A stretch of DNA of 64,000 bases from Vicinamibacterales bacterium (GTDB taxonomy: Bacteria > Acidobacteriota > Vicinamibacteria > Vicinamibacterales > 2-12-FULL-66-21). The stretch spans positions 2,779 to 66,778 of the forward strand of contig DATAEE010000027.1 of NCBI GenBank assembly GCA_036258175.1. Direction: 5' to 3'. A model generated the notes under the pieces. It searched no databases. It worked only from the letters and a program-made list of their open reading frames with translations, and was not told where the DNA came from. How positions within the stretch are numbered: the stretch's first letter is position 1; every line of letters begins with the position of its first letter. Positions 57,331 to 64,000 of the stretch are shown here, piece by piece. The position numbers and the translations under genes were made by a program.

Positions 57331-59102
57331 TGGCTTGCGCGCGTCAGCCGGAACGCGGCCATCTCCTCGCCGTTGCGGACCAGCAGGACATTGCCCACCA
57401 GCACAGGATGGTTCCAGGTCTTGCCGTGGATCGCTGGAACGCGCGCCAGCTCGGTAAATTGATCCGGTGTTGCCTTGACGAGCGCGAGCTCACCCTCGTC
57501 CGACAACACGAGCAGGAGGTCCTGCTCCGGTAGCAGGATGAGCTGTCCGTTGCCGTAGCGTCCGCCCTTCCACTTGCGTGCGCCGTCCTGAAGATCGATG
57601 CATGCGAGGATGCGGCCATCGAAGCCGAAGGCATGTCCCTCGTGCACGACAAAATCATTGAAATACGGCTTCAGCCCGGTGGAGGTCCAGCGCTCTTCGA
57701 CCGTCCATCCTGCCGCTCCGTGCTCGACCGCGAGGCGGCGTGTGCCGCTGTCCGAGCTTGCGGAGATCAGAAGGCCACCGTCCGGCGTCATGGCCGGCTG
57801 CACGATCGGGAGTCCTCTCCAGCGATGCTCCCAGAGCAGCTTGCCGTCGGCTGGTGAGAAGCTGCGCGCGCCCTCGCCACCCATCAGCACCACCTGCGCG
57901 ATCCCGTCGATCGTCGCCAGCTGCGGCGAGCTGTAGCTCCCGGCGCCGGTGGGGCCGAGCCATCGCGGCTTACCGGTCGCGAGGTCATAGCCAATGAGCC
58001 TGCCGTACACCGCGGCGATGAGGACGTCGCCAACGACCAGCGGCGAGCTCGAGAAACCCCAGTACGGAACCTCGACCTCGGTGTCGGCTGCCGCGTTCCG
58101 CGACCAGAGGACGGCGCCGTCACGATCGTCGAGCGCGTTCGCTATTCCCGTCGCGCCAAACGTGTAGACGCGACCGTCGCTGAGGGTTGGCGTGCCGCGC
58201 GGGCCGGCGCCTGCATTCGCTTCGAAGAACCGGACCGGATCGCGGTGGACCCACACGGGCGCGCCGGTGCTCGCTCTGTAACACGCGACGACCTCGTCGT
58301 CGCCCCGCTGCTCCTGGGTGTAAATCAAATCGCCGCGAACGGCGAACGATGACCACCCCGGTCCGATCGAACGGCGCCACATCTCGACCGGCGGCGAGGC
58401 GGACCAATCGGTCGCGATGCGGATGCCGCGCGTCAGTCCATCGCGGTCCGGCCCACGAAAGCCAGGCCATTCGACCCTGGCCGGCACTGCTGCGGGCGGC
58501 GACGTGAGAACGGCGGGCGCCGTTCGCACAACATCGACAGGCTGCTCCTTTGGAGGCGCCGCAGTTGGCATAGCGGGCGGAGGCGCGGGCGTCTCGCTCG
58601 TTACGGCCTGCGTGAGGAGCCGCTCCTCGGAGCTCTTCGCCCATCGCCAGCGGAACATCGCGTAGTGATCGCCGCTGATACCGTCCATCCGGACGAGCGT
58701 CCAGACTCCGCAAGCAAACAAAATGATGGCGGCCATCCCTGCGCGCCGGGTGCCCTCAGACAGCCGGCGTGTCACTGCCGTGCCGGCGACCAATGCAACA
58801 GACATCGCCGGCACGACGTAAGCGACGAGCCAGAACGGCCCCATCGACTCATGCCTGAGCATCCACGCTGCCCCGACGCCCGCGACCATGAGGAGAAGGG
58901 TTCCCAGGCGCTCCGACCAGCGCACCCGGCTGAAGAACGTCCACCACACGAGGATGAGCGCGGCGATGCCGAGCATCCACTGCATTCCGAGTGCAAAGCC
59001 GGCGAATCCGGGAACGACGGCTTTCACGCCGAATCGGGCGATGCACAACAGCACCACCGCGATCAGGCCCGGCCACAGCCGAATGGGCTTACGGGAAGTC
59101 AT
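57327..59102 (-). CDS. Membrane-anchored PQQ-like beta-propeller repeat protein (paralog A)
   Basis: Same architecture as 54415-56283; WPGFRGPDRDG..., ends NHPVLVGNVLLVRNGEEMAAFRL. Confidence 0.75.
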   Translation of the reverse strand: MTSRKPIRLWPGLIAVVLLCIARFGVKAVVPGFAGFALGMQWMLGIAALILVWWTFFSRVRWSERLGTLLLMVAGVGAAWMLRHESMGPFWLVAYVVPAMSVALVAGTAVTRRLSEGTRRAGMAAIILFACGVWTLVRMDGISGDHYAMFRWRWAKSSEERLLTQAVTSETPAPPPAMPTAAPPKEQPVDVVRTAPAVLTSPPAAVPARVEWPGFRGPDRDGLTRGIRIATDWSASPPVEMWRRSIGPGWSSFAVRGDLIYTQEQRGDDEVVACYRASTGAPVWVHRDPVRFFEANAGAGPRGTPTLSDGRVYTFGATGIANALDDRDGAVLWSRNAAADTEVEVPYWGFSSSPLVVGDVLIAAVYGRLIGYDLATGKPRWLGPTGAGSYSSPQLATIDGIAQVVLMGGEGARSFSPADGKLLWEHRWRGLPIVQPAMTPDGGLLISASSDSGTRRLAVEHGAAGWTVEERWTSTGLKPYFNDFVVHEGHAFGFDGRILACIDLQDGARKWKGGRYGNGQLILLPEQDLLLVLSDEGELALVKATPDQFTELARVPAIHGKTWNHPVLVGNVLLVRNGEEMAAFRLTRASQ

Positions 59103-59110
59103 TGGATGGG

Positions 59111-61747
59111 CTACTCCGACCGCAGCGCCTGGAGCACGTCGACGCGCGACGCGCGGGCGGCGGGCATCAGCGAAGCGATGACGGCTGCGCCGACGAGCAC
59201 AGTGGCTGCAGCGACGATCGGCAACGGACCGGGAAGGCGCACGTTCTCCACGTAGCTGGTCACGATTCCGCCGAACGCATAGCCTCCGGCCGCGCCCGCC
59301 AGGATCCCGCCTGCGACCATCACCAGTCCTTCCGACAGGACGCGCATCAACAGCGCGCGCGGCGACGAGCCGACGGCCAGCCGCACGCCGAACTCGCGGG
59401 TGCGAGCGCTAACCGAGAACGCCAGCACGCCTCCGACGCCGACGACGGCGATCAACAACGCGACGCCGGCGAAACCCGTCAAGACGAAGGCGTTCAGCCG
59501 CTCCGGCGCGAGCACTTCCGCGCGCACGTCCTCGAGCGTCGCGGCGCGCTCGACCGGCTGCTCAGCTGACATGCTGCGGATTACACGAGTGATGGGTGGC
59601 ACCAGCGCGTACGGATCGTCAGACGCGTGCACGAACAACCGGCCCGCGAAGCGCATCTGATAGACCGGGTGATAGATCGTGAGCGCCGGCCCCGGCACCA
59701 CGTTCTCGTCGTCCACATCCGCCACGACGCCGACGATGCGCCTCGGCTGCGGTTTTCCGAAGAGGGATTCGGTCCACCACAGTTTCCGGTTGACCGCCTC
59801 CCCGTTGGGGAACACCCGCTTCGCGACGCTCTCGCTGATGATCGCGACGGGCTCATCTCCGGCGCGATCCTCATCCGTGAAATCGCGCCCGGCGACGAAG
59901 GGCACGCCGAGTACCGCGAAGAAGCGCGGCGCCACGATACGGAGGCGCGCGTGCGGATTCTCCTCGCCGTCCGCGGGCGTGTAGCCCTCAGCGGTGAACT
60001 GGAGCCGCGGAAAGGTCCCGGCGTCGCGCCACGGAACGAAGCTCCCGAGCGAGACGCCTTCGACGCCTGGCAGCTCGTCGATCCGTCGTGTCATCTCGCG
60101 ATGGAAGTCCATCTCCTTTGCGTCCGACGCGGCAAGGGCCGCCATCGGAACATCGAACGCAAGCACTTGCCGCATGTCGTAGCCCGTGTTCGTCGTCTGC
60201 AGCGCGACCAGCGCTGCGAGCAGCGTGCCCGCCGCCGCAAGGAGCACGAACGAAAACGCGATCTGGACCGTCGCGAAGGCCCGCAGACGGCGATTGGTCC
60301 CAGGCGTTATCCGTACGCCGCCGCTCGTCCCTCGACTTTGCTCAGGGCGTCCCGAGCGATAGTCGAGGGACGGCAGCCGCGGGATGTAGGCCAGCAGCAC
60401 GGCGGCAGCCATCGCCAGCCCTGCGCCCACCGCGAGCAGGCTCGAATCGACCGTAACCTCGAGCGCGCGCACGGAGAAGCGCGCTGCAAACTGCGCGACC
60501 ACGCTGACGAGCGGGCGCGCAATCAGGACGCCAAGAACCGCGCCGGCCCCGCACAGCACGAGGCTCTCGGCGAGCAGCGTGCGCCGCAGAGCGCCGCGGC
60601 TCCCGCCAAGCGCGGCGCGTACCGCAAGCTCCCCTTCGCGGCGCACGGAGCGCGCCAGAATCAGGTTCGCCACGTTCGAGCAGGCGATGATGAAAACCAC
60701 CCCCGCGGCCGCGAGCAGCACGAGCAGGATGGTCCGCGCCGGCGCCGCAATCTGCTCGCGCAGACGTGTAACGCTCACGCGGCCGTCGGCCCGAGCCGAG
60801 TACGCCTCCGGGTGCTCGCGCATCATCGCGGCGTGTGCCGCGGCGACGTCGGCGTGCGCATCTTCGACCGACGCCCCGGGCGCGAGCCGGCCAAACAGCT
60901 CCGTCATCCGGTGGGTGCGGTCGGTCACCATCGTCGCGCCGAGATGATGAGGGCTGGTCACGACGTTCGCGATGATCTCGGTGTCGGCGGGATATGGCAC
61001 CGATGGCTCGAGCACGCCGACGACCGTCGCCGAGATCCGTCCCAGCCGGATGGTCTTTCCGACGATCGACGGGTCGCTCTTCAGCGACGTCGTCCAGAAC
61101 CTGTGGGTCAGGACGACTACGGCGGCCGCCTTGGGTCCGTCATCCGACGCATTAAGCAGACGCCCGAGCACCGGCCGGAGGCCCATCACGTCGAAGTACG
61201 AGCCCCCGACGACGCCCGCCTGGACGATGCGTGGCTCGCCAAACCCGATCAGGTTGAAATCGATCGTCGAGAAATCTCCCCAGGAGGCGATCGTGGTGAC
61301 GCGTGACTTCAGGTCCTGAATCTCGGGCACCGAGAAGAGCGTGTTTGTTGTGCCGAGCCCGGGCGCGCTCTGCCGGATGTAGACCAGGCGGTCTTCGCCG
61401 CGATTGACGAGCGGCCGCAGCAGCACGCCGCGGACGACGCTAAAGATGGCGGCGTTGGCGCCGATACCGAGCGCAAGCGTCACGATGACGGTGGCCGACA
61501 TGCCTTTGGCGCGGCGGAGCGAGCGCATGGCGACCCGCATTTCCTGCCCGAGGGCAGCGGCTGCGTCGAACCAGCGGGTGTACCAGACGCGCCGCATCGA
61601 ATCGCGCACCGCGGGGATGTAGCCGAGCTCGTTCAGTGCGGCCAGCCGCGCAGCTTTTGGATCTTCGCCGCGCTCGACTCGTTCCTTGATGCTCAGAGCC
61701 AGGTGGCCGCGGATCTCGTCGTCGAGCTCGCGCTCGTCGGGGCGCAT
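59111..61747 (-). CDS. ADOP-family duplicated FtsX/MacB-type permease (878 aa)
   Basis: MRPDERELDDEIRGHLALSIKERVERGEDPKAAR...; two periplasmic-domain + FtsX modules; PadR 4 nt upstream. Confidence 0.88.
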   Translation of the reverse strand: MRPDERELDDEIRGHLALSIKERVERGEDPKAARLAALNELGYIPAVRDSMRRVWYTRWFDAAAALGQEMRVAMRSLRRAKGMSATVIVTLALGIGANAAIFSVVRGVLLRPLVNRGEDRLVYIRQSAPGLGTTNTLFSVPEIQDLKSRVTTIASWGDFSTIDFNLIGFGEPRIVQAGVVGGSYFDVMGLRPVLGRLLNASDDGPKAAAVVVLTHRFWTTSLKSDPSIVGKTIRLGRISATVVGVLEPSVPYPADTEIIANVVTSPHHLGATMVTDRTHRMTELFGRLAPGASVEDAHADVAAAHAAMMREHPEAYSARADGRVSVTRLREQIAAPARTILLVLLAAAGVVFIIACSNVANLILARSVRREGELAVRAALGGSRGALRRTLLAESLVLCGAGAVLGVLIARPLVSVVAQFAARFSVRALEVTVDSSLLAVGAGLAMAAAVLLAYIPRLPSLDYRSGRPEQSRGTSGGVRITPGTNRRLRAFATVQIAFSFVLLAAAGTLLAALVALQTTNTGYDMRQVLAFDVPMAALAASDAKEMDFHREMTRRIDELPGVEGVSLGSFVPWRDAGTFPRLQFTAEGYTPADGEENPHARLRIVAPRFFAVLGVPFVAGRDFTDEDRAGDEPVAIISESVAKRVFPNGEAVNRKLWWTESLFGKPQPRRIVGVVADVDDENVVPGPALTIYHPVYQMRFAGRLFVHASDDPYALVPPITRVIRSMSAEQPVERAATLEDVRAEVLAPERLNAFVLTGFAGVALLIAVVGVGGVLAFSVSARTREFGVRLAVGSSPRALLMRVLSEGLVMVAGGILAGAAGGYAFGGIVTSYVENVRLPGPLPIVAAATVLVGAAVIASLMPAARASRVDVLQALRSE

Positions 61748-61751
61748 TGCG

Positions 61752-62111
61752 CTACTCCTCCCCTGCCTGCGCCGGGTTCATGATCCGGCCGATGGCGCGA
61801 ACGAGCTGCGACCACCGGTCCGCTTCGCGAGACAACTGCGCTTTTCCTGTGGCGGTGAGCCGGTAGTACTTCGCACGCTGATTCGCTTCACTGACGGCCC
61901 ATTCGGACTTCAGCCAGCCCCGCTTTTCGAGGCGGTGCAAGGCCGGGTACAGCGAGCCGGTTTCGACCTTGAGGAGATCCTCCGACTGCGTGCGAATGGC
62001 CTGGCCGATGCCATGGCCGTGCTGCGGACCCCACTGGAGGGTACGGAGAACGAGCATGTCGAGCGTGCCCTGCAGCAGCTCCAGGCGCTGATCGTCGGGT
62101 GTTCTGGCCAT
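61752..62111 (-). CDS. PadR family transcriptional regulator
   Basis: Start at MARTPDDQRLELLQGTLDMLVLRTL..GPQHGHGIGQAI...GSLYPALHRLEKRGWL..RAKYYRLTATGKAQL. Confidence 0.9.
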   Translation of the reverse strand: MARTPDDQRLELLQGTLDMLVLRTLQWGPQHGHGIGQAIRTQSEDLLKVETGSLYPALHRLEKRGWLKSEWAVSEANQRAKYYRLTATGKAQLSREADRWSQLVRAIGRIMNPAQAGEE

Positions 62112-62115
62112 GGTT

Positions 62116-62150
62116 GTAGACAGTCTACGGCTTAGACGTAGACCGTCTAC
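62116..62150. promoter_or_regulatory. Two 13-bp palindromes GTAGAC-N-GTCTAC, 22 bp apart, just upstream of the PadR ATG (candidate operator)
   Basis: GTAGACAGTCTAC (62116-62128) and GTAGACCGTCTAC (62138-62150), with a TAGAC half-site between them. Confidence 0.5.
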
Positions 62151-62280
62151 AGCGTGTTCCTGCCACCCTGACATTTCCTTGACGTTCAGTTCCACGCCCG
62201 AACGGCGCTCCAACGCGGGCGTCCTAACTAATAAAGGACGCCGACGCGCCTACCCGTCGGGCTCCTCGGAGGTAACAGTC

Positions 62281-62865
62281 GTGCTGGGCAAACTTTCTCT
62301 CTCATCCTTACTTGTTGTGGCGTTTCCGCTCGTCGCGCTGGCGGACGTGCGCGCCGACCTCGACCGCCACAAGGACTTCGGGCAGTACCGAACGTTTAAT
62401 GTCGAGGTCGGTGCTCTGGTTCGGCCCGACGGTTCGGTCGATGAAACGAACACGCTCGCCGAGAATCGTATCCGCAACGCCGTGACGAGCGAGCTCCTCG
62501 CGCGTGGCCTCGAGCCGACCGACGAAAGCCCGAGCCTGATCGTCCACGTCTCCGGACGCGACTCGGAACGCGTCTCGCTGATCAGCACCGCACCGGTTTA
62601 TCCGCGCTATTATTGGCGGCGGCGCTTTGCCTACTGGGGTGGTCCGTATCGCTACGGTTACTGGGGAGCGCCGTACTACGGTGACGTCTGGACGCGCCGC
62701 TATCTCGAGGGCGCTCTAACGGTTGATGTCATCGATCATCGGACCGGCGACCTCGTTTACCGCGCACGGGTCACTGACGAAGTCGGGAAGGACCTGGACA
62801 AGCAGGTTGCGAAGTCAATCGACAAGGCGTTCAAGAAGTTCCCAGTGAAGGAACTCGAGCGGTAA
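62281..62865 (+). CDS. DUF4136 domain protein (second paralog)
   Basis: GTG after a GGAGG RBS. Signal LSLSSLLVVAFPLVALA. ..IRNAVTSELLARGL..PSLIVHV...GALTVDVIDHRTGDLVYR...KSIDKAFKKFP. Confidence 0.7.
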   Translation: MLGKLSLSSLLVVAFPLVALADVRADLDRHKDFGQYRTFNVEVGALVRPDGSVDETNTLAENRIRNAVTSELLARGLEPTDESPSLIVHVSGRDSERVSLISTAPVYPRYYWRRRFAYWGGPYRYGYWGAPYYGDVWTRRYLEGALTVDVIDHRTGDLVYRARVTDEVGKDLDKQVAKSIDKAFKKFPVKELER

Positions 62866-62873
62866 CAGGCGTT

Positions 62874-62909
62874 GGAGCTCACCTGGGCTGTCATTCCCAG
62901 GTGAGCTCC
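62874..62909 (+). terminator. Strong hairpin terminator
   Basis: GGAGCTCACCTGGG-ctgtcatt-CCCAGGTGAGCTCC: 14-bp perfect stem, 9 nt after the stop. Confidence 0.65.
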
Positions 62910-63003
62910 GAGTTGCAGCATCCCAGAATGTGGCACGACGCTTTAGCGTCGTCGGACCACGTGGCACGACCCTTAGGGTCTTCCGTCGTCCGTTAGGGTA
63001 AGC

Positions 63004-63201
63004 TTGCGACCGGTGCTCGACCGACGTCACTTTCTCGGCTCCGCTGCTGCCACCGCGGCTTTCTTTGCCATGCCAGACCCACACAACGGTGCGCGCGTGT
63101 ATCGCACCGCCGGTGCGGGTCGCGGGCCAAAGACCACCAAGTACCAGTTCGCGGATTACCCGCACGAGCTCGGCGTCGAAGAGCGCTGCAGCTGCGCTTG
63201 A
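63004..63201 (+). CDS. Small ORF (65 aa) with a twin-arginine-type signal; possibly a gene remnant
   Basis: ...LDRRHFLGSAAATAAFFAMP..., then only about 40 further residues. Confidence 0.3.
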   Translation: MRPVLDRRHFLGSAAATAAFFAMPDPHNGARVYRTAGAGRGPKTTKYQFADYPHELGVEERCSCA

Positions 63202-63231
63202 CACGCGTCCCACTCGAAGGGGGTCGTCGCC

Positions 63232-64000
63232 ATGAGACCAAGATCCAGCAGGACCAAGACCACAGCTGTATCGACTGATGGTCGGCCGCTGGCTGCTGCT
63301 CCGCCGTTTCGGCCCTTCTCGTCGCTGGTCCGCATCGATGTCGACGCCCGGTCGCATGCAGGGCTCGTGCGCACGAACAACGAGGATCAGTTCTTCGTAA
63401 CCAAGGCGACACGCTCGCTGGAGACGATGTTGACCAGCCTCCCCGCCGGCGACGTGCCCGAGCGCGCGGACGAAGTCAATTACCTGATGGTCGTCGCCGA
63501 TGGGATGGGCGGCCACGCCGCCGGCGAGATTGCGAGCCGGCTGGCCATCAGCACCATGGTGACCCTGGCCCTGCAGGTGCCAGACTGGATCTTCACGGTG
63601 GACGAAGAAAACGCGCCCGAGATGAAGAGGCGCGCCCGTAGAGTCGTGCAGCAGGTTGGTTCGATACTGATCGAACGCGGTCGTCAGGACGCCGCGTTGC
63701 GCGGAATGGGATCGACGCTGACCGGCGCGCGAAGCTGCGGCCGCGATCTGCTGATCGTCCACGTCGGTGACTCGCGCGCGTATCTGTTCCGGGCGGGCCG
63801 CCTGCATCGCCTCACCAAGGACCACACGTATGCGCAAATGCTGGCCGACACGGGCCGGCTCCCGCCCGGCGACGTCACAGCCTCGCGCCTGCGTCACATC
63901 CTCACTAACGCGCTCGGCGGTTCCGCCGCGACCGTCGATGTCGACGTCGATCTGCTGCGCCTCAACGACGGCGATCGGCTGCTGCTCTGCAGCGATGGAC
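63232..64000 (+). CDS. PP2C-family Ser/Thr protein phosphatase (3' end outside window)
   Basis: Own translation from ATG 63232 after GAAGGGGG: ...RSHAGLVRTNNEDQF...VVADGMGGHAAGEIAS...GSTLTGA...VHVGDSRAYL...LTKDHT...LLLCSDG. Not in the ORF track because it is open-ended. Confidence 0.85.
   Translation, partial: MRPRSSRTKTTAVSTDGRPLAAAPPFRPFSSLVRIDVDARSHAGLVRTNNEDQFFVTKATRSLETMLTSLPAGDVPERADEVNYLMVVADGMGGHAAGEIASRLAISTMVTLALQVPDWIFTVDEENAPEMKRRARRVVQQVGSILIERGRQDAALRGMGSTLTGARSCGRDLLIVHVGDSRAYLFRAGRLHRLTKDHTYAQMLADTGRLPPGDVTASRLRHILTNALGGSAATVDVDVDLLRLNDGDRLLLCSDG

Noticed and set aside
62931-62976. Two TGGCACGAC boxes (62931, 62962) that look like sigma-54 -24 elements.
   Set aside because: The dinucleotide 12 nt downstream of each GG is TA and AG, not GC, so there is no -12 element.
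1-64000. Looked for CRISPR arrays, tRNA/rRNA genes, transposases, integrases, toxin-antitoxin pairs and known defence-system signatures.
   Set aside because: I saw no regularly spaced repeats, no tRNA-like T-arm or anticodon structures, and no recombinase or nuclease motifs in any translated frame. A manual scan cannot fully exclude small RNAs.

Overview
High-GC (~65-68%) bacterial chromosome segment, probably Acidobacteriota: it has two PadR + ADOP-type duplicated FtsX permease pairs and many sigma-54 activators. It is densely coded with about 60 genes. I saw no rRNA, tRNA, CRISPR, transposase or integrase. Recognisable content: the F1Fo ATP synthase operon atpBEFHAG plus the 5' part of atpD; three paralogous PAS-GAF-AAA+ sigma-54 enhancer-binding proteins (EBPs); a PPK2/DUF3300/DUF2950/GH63-like/MscS operon; a pumpless DUF3302-HlyD-OMF set; TonB-dependent receptor + BASS symporter; DUF4136 envelope genes; an 800-aa secreted repeat protein + aquaporin + OMP; mobA, gntK, zwf, gnd; a MASE1-PAS histidine kinase with two response regulators; adk fused in register to a two-domain PPK2; and a six-gene PadR-ADOP-propeller operon. 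Main hunt result, read directly from the DNA: a phased 16-bp dyad (CTCCGG-N4-CCGGAG) recurs in five spacers next to the three EBPs. It sits at repeated distances from -24/-12 (sigma-54-type) elements, including one in front of the ATP synthase operon. Other observations: a structured ~85-bp dispersed repeat, one copy inside the atp operon; a decayed ECF sigma/di-haem cytochrome pair and other frameshifts; a shared odd C-terminal module in two secreted proteins; and a 9-bp coding microsatellite. All product calls rest on motif recognition in the supplied translations. No database search was run.
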